In this document: piece after piece, positions 51,209 through 64,000 of the stretch | Layout of the letters: every line of letters starts with the position of its first letter | Numbering within the stretch: position 1 is the first letter of the stretch | Source of the DNA: Octopus sinensis | Taxonomy: Eukaryota | NCBI RefSeq assembly: GCF_006345805.1 | Contig: NW_021833064.1 | Location: forward strand, 1 to 64,000 | Length of the DNA: 64,000 bases | Reading direction: 5' to 3' | Notes under the pieces: generated by a model | What the model saw: the letters and a program-made list of their open reading frames with translations, nothing else | What the model was told of the DNA's origin: nothing | Databases searched by the model: none | Program-made: the position numbers and the translations under genes

Positions 51209-53754
51209 GAATGAATGAATATGGTTTATTTATTACAATAGGTCCAAAAGAAAAGTGGCCGAGGAATTAGAGCTTAGGGGGCTTGATAACGAGAGCCACG
51301 AAGGTCTCAACTTCGGTTTTGCCCCAGGAGACTGTCTTATCTCCCTCAGCGAGTTCGAGTTTTTGCCAGGATCGCGTCAATCGTGTCAACACTCCGCTCA
51401 TGCAGGTCTTCCAGCGGACTGCTGAGCTCCAGGCCGAATGCCAGTTTGATGGCAAATCGTCTGGTTTTTTCGAGTTTGGCGATTAGAAGGTCCCTTTCAT
51501 CAGTTTGGTACCAGCCCTCCGAGCCATAGATTATTAGTGGCTGAACACAAGTTTGGTAGATGTGTAGAAACGTTTCTGCGCTTAGACAAAAACGCCTCAG
51601 TCCTTTTAGGATTTTCGCTCCTTGTTTCCGCTTTGCATGCACATGGGGTTTGTATGACCCGGTGGGGTCTATAGTTACTCCCAGGTAACGTAGGTTCTTC
51701 GATATAATCAGGTTCCCATAATCCTCGAAAGTCGGTTTTTTGTCACGACCCATTGAAATCCAACAAATGGTACTTTTGTCCAGAGCGAGATTCAAGCCTT
51801 TACCATTGCACCAGATTTCAAGTTCCTCCAAGTACGGTTCTAGTCTGCTCCAGGACAGCCTTCTTCTGTGTCGGGGTCCCCACATCGAGACATCCGTAAC
51901 CAAGATATCGTCTGCGTAGATAATTAGTCTGCTCGTAGGAAAATGTGGTTTCGGGACGTCGGCCAGAAATATATTAAAGAGCAAGGGGCTGAGAACCGAT
52001 CCCTGAGGAACACCTCTCCTCAGATTCACGGCCTTCGATAGCAAATTTCCACAACGAATGAACGATTTTCTCTCGCACAAGAAGTCCTTAAGCCATCCGA
52101 CAGTTTTTCGCCCAGCACCCAACTCCGCTACTTTATCTAACAACCCCAAGTGCCAGACACTGTCAAAGGCCTTGCAGACGTCCAGGCAGACCGCCGTTAG
52201 GCAGGCTTTATGTTGTTTGGCCCGAGTCAGTTCTTCCTCAAGAAGCGAGAAACAGTGACCGGTTAATCGACCAGGTCTAAAACCCCATTGTTCCCCCGCG
52301 AGTATATTATTTTGTTCCACGTAAGTCGATAAACGATTTAAAATAATTCTTTCCATTATCCTCGACGTTGTGCAGATAAGGCTAATTGGCCTATAACTTC
52401 CTGCCTGCGTATTTGGTTTTCCAGGTTTTGGGATCATTCGGACGATTGTTCGTTTCCAGCTAGGTGGGACGTGACCATTGTCCCAACTGGCATTGAATAG
52501 TTTCACCAGAATACGAAGCAAGCATCCGGGTGCCTTTTTGAACACCTCCATAGGGATGAAGTCAAATCCAGGAGCGTTGTTCTTGCAACCTCTGATTGCT
52601 TCGAACGTCTCTTCCGTGGTTATTTCTCTGCACAAGGGTCCATCCAAAACAAGTTTTGAGCGGGAATTTCGGGTCGACTCCTCGAATATTTTCAGAGGCA
52701 GGATAGACGAAGGGTCCACCTCCTGAATTCCTGCTAGCTGCTGGCGGAAGACCTCCGGGACTTCCTCAGAAGGAACAAAGCCTCCATCCACCGATTTAAG
52801 AATGATTTCTTCTCCTTTCGCTTCCGTCCCGTTCATTATTTTGTATAGTTTCCAGAATTTAGGATTTTTCTTGTTGAGTTTTAAGCATTCTCTCTTCCAT
52901 GCCTCATCTGTGTTAGCTTTAGTCAGCTCGTCGATCCGACTCTTCAGGGTGTTGATTCGGGCCTTTAGACTTCCAGAGTCCTCCGATTCAAAACACCTCC
53001 TTCTTTTGCTTTCCAGTCGCGCCTTGTCTCTGACTAGCTCAGATAGTCTAGTTTCGGACCTCTTCGCGCAAGATCCCTGGGATTTCATATGTTTTTTAGA
53101 AGCGAATCTGTCCAGAAAGGCCACCACATGCTTTCGTATGGCCATATCGAGATGATCAATACTTTCACTCGTGGACAGATGCATGTGGGAGAGAGGTTCC
53201 AAAGCTGCACCCATGAATATGGCGAACATGGGCCATTGCACAGGGGACAAGTCGTATCCCGTGAAGAGATCTGATACCAACTCCGTAGATGTCCGCAACA
53301 ACATTGATTGGGGCAGATGGTCACTCCCAGTCCGCATTTCTATCCGGGGCCTGTCGCAAAAAGGGCTCACAGACGCGGAAGAAAGAAATAGTCCGAGGCG
53401 ATCACCTCCACTGAAGCAGAAATGATTAAGTTCCTCAGAAGTCCAGACATTAAGGTCATATTTCCTCGCGATCCTCAGTAAAGCCCGACCATCTTGGTTA
53501 GAGGTCTCGCATCCATAAGCGGTATTTTTGGCGTTGAGATCTCCCGCAAGAATGGCCATCTCATTATCCTCAAAGAACTTCCTGATCACTTCAGGGTAGT
53601 TTCTGAGGTCCTTCGAGTACATTCCACCGATTGTTATCCATCCAATGGAAGTTAGGAGTTCTAGTGCGATCAGTTCCCATCGGTTCTCTTCAAGGATCCT
53701 CAAGTTCTTTACAACAATGTCGGCTTTGTAGTAAAGCGAGGATCCCGTTCCCGC
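51209..53754 (-). mobile_element. Jockey/I-group LINE, 5'-truncated, with open APE-RT ORF (785 aa, 51346-53703)
   Basis: GDLNAK, GSDHLP, SYRPISL, DVCKAFD, GVPQGSVLSP, YADD; (ATTC)n tail; 13-bp TSD AATAAAAATTTAT (51196-51208, 53755-53767). Confidence 0.93.
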
Positions 53755-53797
53755 AATAAAAATTTATAATAGCATTTTTTAAGCATCTATATTCTTT

Positions 53798-54300
53798 TTA
53801 GGATAATCTTCGTCTCTTATGCCCAACTATCATGGTCGGTACATAGAGGTCCTCGTCCACTCGTATTCCTGATTCAGAAAAATCTTTCGGTTGACACTCA
53901 ATCACTGCTTGCTCCTCTTCGGGAACCGATATTCCATGTCTTGTCTCCACCTGCATACTCTCCAATGTTTTTCTTAAAACGAGTGTTTGGATATATGCCT
54001 TCACTCTGTCTTCCACTGCGATAAAATCCAGATGACTTTTGAAGAATCTTGAGACAATTCCATTCCAAGTAAGTACAACAGGGATCATCTTCACTTTAGC
54101 CCGATGAATCGCCCCTAATTCATTTGCCAAAAAGTCATATTTGTGGAACTTTTCCACTTCAACTTGCTTTAGGCAATTCTGTGAGGTAATCCCAACTTCA
54201 ATGAGTGTAATTGTATTCCTCATCTTGTCATGGACAAAAATATCTGGTTTATTATTTGAAACACCCGTATCCGTAGAAATAGTTGTGTCCACTCGAATTT
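53798..54300 (-). pseudogene. RLE domain of an R4/Dong-like retrotransposon
   Basis: NKPDIFV..LIEVGIT..EKFHKYD..IPVVLTW. Confidence 0.8.
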
Positions 54301-54629
54301 CCTCAACTTCATGATATTAAGATGACTTTGAAACAATGATAGCAAAAATGGATCGAAGTTTTTTTTCTTCGATAATTGAAAAACAAATTGTATGTTGCCA
54401 TTGCTTACAAATATTATGTCGCGAGCGCAGCGCGCGACCGAGCGCTAGACGCGACTTTGACACCTAACAAGCCTATCATCAACAAATATATTTAGATCTC
54501 GAGAAGACGGAGAGAGCCTCGGGAGAAGCAATGGTTGTTCCAAAGAATATCCATTGCGATCCTGAGGGGCAACGTCTTCTCGATCATCAGCAGCTTAAAT
54601 TATGATAATCATTTTCGCTCATTTCATTT

Positions 54630-55530
54630 ATTAAATTATTTAAAATTTTAACATGATTAAAAATTAAAATTGAAATAACTTAAGTTTTCCATTGAATCCC
54701 TAAAATAATTTATAAGTAGACCTTAATAGAAAAAGTAAAATCAATGAATACTGACGCTAATTTGGTTTAGGTTGTGAGGGGGGTAATAATTTGACAGATC
54801 TCATTGCTATTTTTTTCGTTTTAATCTCTAAAATTAGGTCTTCTAATCAAAAATGAACTGTGCAGACAGGCTTGCTCCTTCAGAAGATTCTTGTTTTGAC
54901 ATTTTTATAAATTATGAAGCATTTAGATTTTTTCTCATTATTCTAAAATATCAATTATAAATTTTAAATATTATTTTTATTTATGAAATCGGTTTTAAAG
55001 CTCATTCTGCTTTGGCATCGATTTTAAATTTTGTTATCGAATATATTTAATCCCAAATACAAGCCTGGGTATTTAGAGTATAGGGGCTCAGAAGGGCTCA
55101 GAAAGCTCAGAAAGCTCAGAAGCCCAGAAAGCTCAGAAGCATACAGGCTCAGAACCCCAGAAAGCTCAGAAGCATACAGGCTCAGAACCCCAGAAAGCTC
55201 AGAAGCATACAGGCTCAGAAGCATACGGGCTCAGAAGCCCAGAAAGCTCAGAAGCATACAGGCTCAGAAGCCCAGAAAGCTCAGAAGCATACGGGCTCAG
55301 ATGCCCAGAAAGCTCAGAAGCATACAGGCTCATGTAACTCAATCAGAGAGTGACTCTAATCAAAGGCCGGTTCGTATACTCTCTTAGGACGAATCTCGGT
55401 AGAGCTCGACTGTCCTTGCAGTCGTCTCGTTTAACCTCGTCCAACCTTTACACTAAGTCTCTGATTTGCTTACAATAAAACTTTCCATTCCATTCCTGGG
55501 TATTTGTCAATTTATAGATTTTTTGATTGA
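54630..55530 (+). repeat. Second copy of the Ginger-internal repeat, split by a 420-bp insert
   Basis: Matches 12560-13004, then resumes GGTATTTGTCAATTTATA as at 16801. Confidence 0.85.
55075..55494 (+). mobile_element. Non-autonomous retroposon-like insert: GCTCAGAAG minisatellite + unique segment + AATAAA + (CCATT)n tail
   Basis: 11-bp TSD CCTGGGTATTT (55064-55074, 55495-55505); tail AATAAAACTTTCCATTCCATT parallels the LINE tail AATAAAACTTCCTATTCCTATT. Confidence 0.8.
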
Positions 55531-56319
55531 TCGGATCTAGAAATTGAGTGGTCGCTCGCTGCGCTCGCGACATATTATGAATTATCTCTCCACAAATTCT
55601 CCTGTCACTTTGTACGTGAAAAAGATTTTTACTAGCATATCGTGTCATTTACAGAAGAGACAGCAGAATCAAGTAACTTAAATCAAAGCTGGATGTTTCA
55701 AAAGCTGTCGATTTTACAGAAAACTAAAAATAGAAAAACCTATGCCACAAGTAATAGTTTTTAGACGACGAAATAAAATTAGAAGTATTTTTACAATGAC
55801 CCGTTATTTGTTAGAAAATTATTGCACATTCAAAATGTCATATTTTATGAAAATGGATTAGACATTTAAGTTAATTTTACAAAACATAATTTTATACCCA
55901 AAATGGTCAAATACAAACTTTTTCGCCAAAATGAACAACAAATCCGCAATATTTTAACTTTTTCGCATAATTTCAGTCTTGACTCACACATTTGAGATGC
56001 AGAAATCTATGGGTTGTCAAAACATATCGTAGTATAGAATTTTTTTCGTAGATAAAAAGTCTGACACAAGCACGCATCACAAAATACAATTTAGCGGGCA
56101 ATAAAAATTTTAAAATTTTAATTAATTTAACATACAATTAGATAAAAAATAATACTTGAAGAGCAGATTAGAGAAACAGGCAGATTTGAGAATCATCCAT
56201 AAGAAATTTCCAATTTTTGATTAAAACAAGCGGGTTCAAAAAACGTCGGATTTGAGAAGCAGCAAATTCGAGAGGTTTCATATTACATGTTTTTTCTGTT
56301 CATGATATTTTAAATCTGC

Positions 56320-58450
56320 ATGACAAGACAAGACAAGTTTTATTTCCCAACAAACCCATTAATTAAAGTTAGGAAGAAAGCCAAGAACAGAACAAGAAAC
56401 TAATTAAAGTGGGTTTGATTTCATTGTATAGGGTCATTTTATGAGACACCACATGTCTCTTCTTCGCATATACCCTAAAGAATTACATCATAATTTCCAT
56501 AAGTGACGTAACAAATCTTCTATCTTTCTGACTTTAGCGTCAGAAGCATCTTCGATTTTTGAATTTAAGTTCAATCCAAATGCCAATTTAATAGCAAATC
56601 TTCTGGTATTTTCCAACTTTTTCACAAAAATGCTACTTTCTTCGGACCTATACCATCCTTGATAGCCATATATCAAGAATGGCTCAATACATGTAGAATA
56701 CACAAAAAGGAAAGTTTCAGGCTCCAAATGAAATCGAGTTAAGGATTTCAACATTCCTGTAGCTTTCTCTCTTCGTGTTTTGATATGATCTTTAAAAGAT
56801 CCTCTTCGGTCTATCGATACTCCGAGATACTCCAATTTTCCAGAGTTTTTTTATATCTCCAGTATTTGCACATTTCACTCATCTTTTGAGGCATTATGAA
56901 CAGTCCAAGTCTATCACCACTATAAGTTGCATAGTGATTTATTTCTGCCGACGTCAATATTTTCAGTTCTCCTGATTTCATCCACTTTACAAGACATTTT
57001 CCATCTTGATTTGTTGTAACACACCCGTAATCAACATGCTTCGAGTTCAAATCCCCAACTAAAATCGGATTCACGTTTTTGTTAAAGAATTCATCAATAA
57101 TCCATGGGTATTCACGTAATTTCTTCGAATAAATACCTCCAATTGTTATCCATCCAATATTTGTTTGTATTTGAACGCTGACTAGTTCACATACATCTTC
57201 TTCAATAATTCTAGCCCTCTTTGTCTTCAAATTAGTTCTATAATAAATTGAAGTTCCAGTTCCAGAAATAGAACCATCCTTCCATGGAATATCAATTGAT
57301 GAAAATCCATTGAGTTTAAAGGAACTACCCTTCTTGATCTTTGTACACTGTGCTGACCAATGCAGTCAGCTCTGAGGCCCGCTTTCTAAGAGAGCGGGCA
57401 TTGATCAGGGTTATCCTGATTACTTCTGATTTTTTTGATTTTTTTGGTGGCTGATCCCTTTTCTTAGAATCGCCACCAAATCCAGTAAAAGCTTCGTATC
57501 CTTTTTTGTTTTTGTTACTTCTATAATGCTTTTTTCTAATTTCTCCAAATTTTGTGAGTAATCTAGTTGACATTTCGTACTTATCATCTGTGTTGAGATT
57601 TTATTTTTGTTTTCTTCTGCAGGTTCTTCTGTCTGTGTAATAGCATCTTCTGCCTTCTTTTCGACCGCTGCAGTATTCCAACTTGTCCGTCCATTTAGAA
57701 AATCAAGTTTAGCTTTCTTTGGAATATTATTATTTCCTAATCTGGCAGGTTCTTTATCTTCTTTATGTGAGATTCTTGGCTTCTTCACAAATTTCTTCAT
57801 CTTCTCACGACGAGCTTCTAATGCCTTCGGACAGCCTCCATAATTTGCCAGATGTGTAGTCGATCCACAATTAACACATTTTCTCAAATCACATGGTTCT
57901 TTACATTCCGATCTTCTATGTGGTCCTGAACAATGTAAACACTTTTCCAAGTTTTTGCAAAACCGAGCAATGTGTCCAAACTGCTGACAACGAAAACATT
58001 GAATTTCTGCATGCATGAAAATCTCATTGTTTATATAAATACCAAACTGGCTAGTTTTAATAGTTTTATAATTTTTATATAAAATTGATGCATCAAATCA
58101 CATTCTAATTCCATTGTATCATATTTTAAGCAATTTAATTGCAGAATGAATTATATGCAAAGAGTTTAATGGATTTTCTAGAAAACAGAAAATTTATAAA
58201 TCCAAGAGTATAAAGCAGCTTCGGAAAAAGTTAACATGCCATAAAATAAAAAATCTATGAAATTAGGCCTTTACAGAAAAGACTTTATTTCAAACACCAA
58301 TTTATTTAAAACGATTTTTATGGCTATTTAAACAATGATTTTTCATTCTAAACAGAGCTTTAATGAATGTGCAATCTTGAGGTATAGAGAGGTGAATAAA
58401 AACACTATTCACCTCATATTTTGTAGTAAATTCTTAATAATCGTTCAAAA
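56320..58450 (-). mobile_element. Internally deleted Jockey/I-group LINE retaining gag-like ORF1, the APE start and the 3' end
   Basis: ORF1 with three Cys/His knuckles (57420-58016); APE start ITLINARSL; fusion near 56850 to the C-terminal EYLGVSID; AATAAA + (CTTGT)n tail. Confidence 0.85.
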
Positions 58451-61134
58451 TTGAGTTATTTGGGTAAGATCAGAATTGTTTATTGTTTTGCTGTATGATA
58501 ATATACAAAGTATCATTAATGACCTATATATATTCAATAGTAATTTTCAAAATTATCAGATAAATATAATTACTCCAATACCTTTTGTTAATAAATTCAT
58601 GTGTATTGTTGACTTTTGTCTATCAAAAATAAAATTATCAGTTTACTAAGTTATCAGTTTCCATTGGATTTGCCGTTTTAATACAGTGTGACTACATTTT
58701 TAATCAATCATTTTTTACTGACTGATTCTATTTTTCCAGTTTTTAATGTATATTTACATTACAAGAAAATACTTTATTTCATTTTAAATTTGAAAATATT
58801 GTATAATATAGCGTCAACTTCATAATATTACAAATGACATTTGATCAAGGTACGGTAGAAATGATTGCCAGAATGACAGAATCTGCAAAATCTGTGTTTG
58901 CAGAACCAGCAAACAACCATTCTTGTACGTTCGTCAACAACAACACTGTGATGGCAAAGAAGACACGTTGTATATGTTATTACTTTTTTAAGCTCATTTT
59001 GAACTTTTTTTGAGAGGAGGAAAACAGGTATAATGTTTTCCTTAATGATGATTAATATTCATAGATATACTTTATTTGTTTGATCTTTATTTGTTTCGTT
59101 TTTCAATTTTTGATATTTTATAATCATGAAAAAAACAAATTCTATCGTCGAAAGTTATTTTATTACTTTTCTCACAGCGTTTTTTAACTTAAATCAATAG
59201 CATTAATATCTCTATTTATCTGATGAACCACATGCAGGGATAAGCTATCAATACGGGTCAACAAGTAGCTACTTTATTTATCAAAAAATTAATTTTTAGT
59301 TGCAATTGAAAAGGACAATTCACTTTAAATAATGTCCTTGATGTTGTTTGATTTTTTTAAATTTTTTAATGATTCCTTTTGTTTATTTTATAAAATTTTG
59401 TCAACATTTGTATTTCCCATGCTTTATATTAAAAAATTACTTTTCACATGCTCAATTCTTTCAGGCACCCTCAAAAGTTTTAGCTTAATCGGATTTATTT
59501 TATCAATTATTGAGTGGTGGGAAAAGGAATGGGTCTCCATATTCACCAATTATATTTTGTTTCAACTAATTAGATTAAAAATCTCTGAAATTTATATTCG
59601 TTAAATAAAGATTAAATTTTATGATTTTGTCAAGGAGTTTAGTGAATCTACTCCCTAAATAAACAATTGATTTTATATTAGTTTCTCTAAAATTTTGTTA
59701 CCGATAACATACTTCTTCCAAAATTTATAATTATAGTCGAGAACTATCAACTGACAAGCGTCAGAACTGATAAACGTACAGCAAATACCCCGAAAATTGC
59801 CATTCTTAAATTCGCCAATTCTTAGATTCATCTTTTTTAGAAAATTCTAGTTTTAATCTGAATTCGCCACCATTTTTCGAAATTTTTAAGTGAAAAATAA
59901 AAAAACATTGATAAATAATAAATTTTCAAAAAGCATGACGCAACTCAGTTTGGAGAATATAAAGGTTTTAAAGATCGGTATCTGTTATGTCGTGTGCAAA
60001 TATATCAGGAAACCACAAACTAAAGCCTGCTTTAATTGGAAAGTCAAAATGCCATGTTGTTTCAAAAATTATGACTATCAATGCCATTTCTCAAATTTGC
60101 CGCAACAAATTATGGAACCAAATATCGAGAATTTATGAGTATTCACTGTTTTAAGCACTTCTACTCACACTCAAAAAATATTGATTATATTCTGAAATTT
60201 TCAATTTTTCAAATTCGCAGCAAAAAATTACAAAATTAAATATGGCGAATTTATGAGTATTCACTTTATTAAACAGTTCTGCTCACACTCAACAATTATT
60301 GATTATATTCTGCAATTTGCAGAAGTCAAAAAAGAGAATTTTTCATCAGTTTTATGATTAAAATACGAAACAGCCAATAAGCTCATCTTAGGCGTACTTT
60401 GTACATATATGATTTAAAATCTATATTCATAAATTCCTACCAACTTATTGTTTTCATTGTTAACTGCTCGTTCCTGATTTTAATTGGAGACTAGAATTCA
60501 AAATTTTTTTCTGAAAGCTAGTTGGTTTTCGAGTTCCAACACTTTTTTTAGTCTTTAAAGAATCTTTTAATTTTCATTTTTTTCATTTGTCTTCAAAGAT
60601 AAGCTTTTATATAATTTGGATTAAATTCTAAAGTCTATTACCTTTTTCGATAGCCTTAAGTCTTGATACTAAATATTTATTTTTTGATAAAAACTCAATA
60701 GTTTAAAAAGATGGATGTATTTTTGTAAAAATATCAGGAAAATAATCAGACAGTAAACCTTTTTAATAAATACTGGTCAGTAAATTTGATGGTCAGTGAA
60801 TTTAACTAGAGACAGTGGTAACAGACCGGAGTCAATTTTGCTTTTTCATTTTTATACTGTTATTAATTGGTATATTTGGTGATTATTAAGCCCCTGATAA
60901 TATTCTGCATCATCTTTCAGCAAAAGTTCTCTTAATAGACTGACGTGAATTATTTACAGTAAACATCGGTTAATGGCATAAAATTATGTTTAAAACCATA
61001 ATTATAGCTATTTTACCTACTGGAAAGCCACAGCGTTAAAGTTCATCTCTTAAACACCCCTTTTAATTCAGAAAATTAGTTGATTTTTTGGGGAAAAAAG
61101 GCTCTTTGGGAAGACTTGACTGCCTACGTTGTTG

Positions 61135-61985
61135 GTATAATTATTATTATTAGAACCAAGATCACCGTCCAAAACATAAAACTAATTAATCAGGTGATCC
61201 CGGCTTCTCTGAGGAGGAGCCTCAACTTTGCCCGGTGCTCCTCCCTTGTCCCGGCACAATTTCTGTGAGGGCGCGGTAATGGAGTTTTAGGGCCTGTAGC
61301 CCCGAGGTTTCTTCCAAAGATTTCATTAAATGGGGCGATGAATAGATGTTCATTCGGTCCTTGTAGTGCTTTTCGGAAGATTTCTTGAGTTTTTTCGATT
61401 TTAACGCGGTTCGTTCCACTGATAAACCCTCCCCACGCCTCACAAGCATAACTAAGGCAGGGTTCGATGAATTGCCGGTATATTGATTGGCGTGCGGGGA
61501 AGCTGATCCATTGTTTGCATTTTCGGAGAAAAACTTTTAAGATGTTCAGTTTCTTCATGCAGCTAGTAGTAACATTTTCAACTTGTTGGGAAAACACATA
61601 TGACTATCGTAAGTCACGCCGAGGATTTTCTGGAATTTTTTAAACGGGATTTCCATGTTGTTTAGATACATGTTCACCACCATTTTCCCAAGCTTCCTTG
61701 CTGAAGTCATAAGCGTGGTGACCGATTTTTCAGGACTCGTTGATAGTCGATTTAACGAGAGCCAACTTTCAAGATTGTAAAGGTAGTTCTGCAGTTTTGT
61801 ACTCGCCGTGATCACCTCACGGCTCCGAGTAGCAATTACGATATCGTCAACGTATGATACTATTGAGTCTTTGTCGTTTGGTAGCGGGAGATCCGATAAG
61901 AATAAGTTAAAAAGAGCTGGTGAAAGGAATGAGCCTTGAGGGACTCCGTTTGGAAAATATCGTGACATCGATCTTGTATTATTTT
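61135..61985 (-). mobile_element. 5'-truncated APE-type LINE (RT C-half), (TAA)n tail
   Basis: GVPQGSFLSP, YVDD, KILGVTYD, YACEAWG. Confidence 0.85.
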
Positions 61986-62069
61986 GTTGGATAAGGTTTA
62001 TTAAGAAAAATTAATTGTGTACTCATTTGAAATACGATATTGCTATTTTATTAAATTCGACTTTTCCTT

Positions 62070-62388
62070 TCAGGGAAGCCAAGTTCCTGGTTTGGGACGC
62101 CACCCCCGTTTATTTTATTCGGCGACGATGCTACGCAAGACCTGCAGTAACTTGGGCTACGCCAGTGATCATGCAGCAATGTCACAAGACCGAAATATTT
62201 GTGTATTCCTAACTTTTTTAAGTTTTAGCCCCCTGCCTTCGAAACCTCAGGAATCGTCGGCAAGGCCGCAACTTAATTCCTCACTGACATTGGTAGGAGA
62301 ACTTCCTCAAAAACAAAGGATCGGATGGAGACGAGCTGGCTCTTCCAGCAAATCTCGGTCGCCGTGCTTCGCAGAAACTGTTATTTAA
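62070..62388 (+). pseudogene. CRE-like RLE fragment
   Basis: LVWDAT, decayed ETSG and SWLFQQISVAVLR. Confidence 0.65.
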
Positions 62389-62502
62389 AAAGTATTCTTT
62401 GAGCTTTTCCACTTACCCTTGCTAGCATCTAATTTTGTTCCTTAATATGTTTCTGTTTTTAATTTTTAATTAAAAAATAAAGAAAAATGAAAATTGTAAA
62501 AA

Positions 62503-62573
62503 TGCGCCAGCCGGGAGTCGAACCCGGGTCGCCTGCTTGGAAGGCAGGTATAATACCGTTATACAACTGGCGC
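62503..62573 (-). tRNA. tRNA-Gly(TCC)
   Basis: Full cloverleaf: GCGCCAG/CTGGCGC acceptor stem, CCTGC-CTTCCAA-GCAGG anticodon arm, CCGGG-TTCGACT-CCCGG T-arm; T-run terminator directly downstream. Confidence 0.95.
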
Positions 62574-62841
62574 ATTTGTATAACACTATTAATTATAGAA
62601 TAGATTTCGCCTCATTTATAAATTATAAAATGTATAAGATTAATGTGAGACCGCTCGTTAGGTTTTCTATATTTAAAAAGTCGTTTGATAGAAGCAGTCG
62701 AGATGTGAATATTTCTGCTTACACATTATAAAAGTCGTTTTCACATTATAAAAGTGTTATTTTCAATAAAGGATTACTTTTGATCAATTTGTTTGTGATT
62801 TAATTTTAAGAGTTTCAGATATAAATTTCTTTGGCGTAGTC

Positions 62842-63033
62842 CTAAAAGAGTTTCGCTTGAGCCATCCTTCCAAACGCCACTTTGTTCCTGTCCCTCGTTT
62901 GACCATCATCCAGATCACCTGCCACTACCAATTTCCAGATGTCAATTTTGTGACGAGACAAATCCTCTGACAATCGTTTCCTCCGGAATAGAGATGAGGG
63001 CCCTCGAATATTATATGTGACGATTGTGAACAA
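62842..63033 (-). pseudogene. N-terminus of an RTE-like APE
   Basis: FTIVTYNIRG..LSEDLSRHKID. Confidence 0.5.
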
Positions 63034-64000
63034 AAACTAAGGTCTTTCTCACGAATCAAAAACTGAAATTTTGTATAAGAAAAATAAAGCTGATTAATTA
63101 ATTTAAAATAAAAATATTAATTAATTGAGATTAAATGCCTGAACTGTGTCAGTCACTCGCATGTGACATCCAAAAGTGTCTGCAGAGTAATTAGAGAACA
63201 TTGACTGTTAACTAGGAAATAATTATGACCAGGATAAATGCGAAGAGGCAATTCTATTATTGAAGGCATGTTGTGCGAGAATTGGTTTTACTTCAAAATG
63301 TTGTTCTGGCTTTAATAAATCTTGATTGGGAAGTTTTTTATAATAATTCGGTCTTAATTTGTACGAATCTCATCGTCATTCTAGATAATCAGTTCACCTA
63401 TTTTGTCCAAAGTAACTCAGAAATTTTTAAAGGCCATAATTATTTGAGATTCGCTGACCCGATTTTTCCATTAGAACGACTAGGAATTAGAAAAATAATA
63501 AAAATCATTTGTAGATATCTCACTCAATTTTGTACTATTGATATTGGATAGAAATTTGACTATTACTAACTTTTTTTTTATTTCTGTCATCTTTTTTTTT
63601 TGTTACTAACTATTAAAGATTTTTTAAACTATTGAATAGAAAAAATCAATATTTTTTAATGCCAATGAAGTCTATGAAAAATGATTGTATTTTAATCAAT
63701 TTGCTAGAAAACAGCTTTGAATATAGATATATGATAATCAAAGCCAGTGACATAGCAACAAATACTCTCTGAATTAATTACTAATTGTTGGAAGAAAATT
63801 AATGAAAGTCGTTTTTCGAACACTGTTATTAGTGAATAATGAATTGGAGAGTTTGGATAACATAACTAAAAATATAATTACTGAAAATGAAATAAAAAAT
63901 GATGAGGAGAATATAGGGTTTTCCACACTTTTTCGCTACTTTTCCAAGCAATTCCGTCACTTTTTCAAGCAATTTCGCCATTTTTTCAAGCAATTTTGCC

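Noticed and set aside
55085-55330. ORFs 55031-55387 and 55024-55224 as repeat proteins
   Set aside because: Open frames arise from the minisatellite; the segment is a TSD-bounded insert.
60128-60318. About 72-bp direct repeat pair (also small local duplications at 49392-49441 and at 9645/10065)
   Set aside because: Simple local duplications with no termini or coding signal.

Overview
AT-rich eukaryotic (animal) DNA made mostly of nested, decayed transposable elements, with a few compact host genes whose GT-AG introns are only 24-30 nt. Host genes: a LIM-homeobox gene of the Lhx1/5 type (10816-11899), a CAAP1-like gene and a convergent coiled-coil gene (37.6-38.9 kb), and a tRNA-Gly(TCC). Mobile DNA: many CRE-like RT+RLE retrotransposon pieces; R4/Dong-like RT+RLE pieces; RTE LINEs; Jockey/I-group APE-RT LINEs; Buster-type hAT, pogo/Tigger, Helitron and Ginger-like (TGT..ACA, integrase) DNA elements; and a tRNA-headed SINE family. 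Most notable: LINE-type insertions with (CCTATT)n/(CCATT)n tails sit at the same small hairpin in two diverged copies of a repeat, each with its own copy-specific TSD, which suggests an undescribed target-site-specific LINE plus a minisatellite-bearing non-autonomous partner. The hAT and pogo transposases also carry host-type micro-introns. The SINE has a covarying pseudoknot-like domain and shares a 3' tail with a LINE in the window. Frequent 1-bp indels suggest imperfect long-read consensus, so frameshifts should be treated cautiously. All family assignments come from motif recognition by eye, not from database searches.
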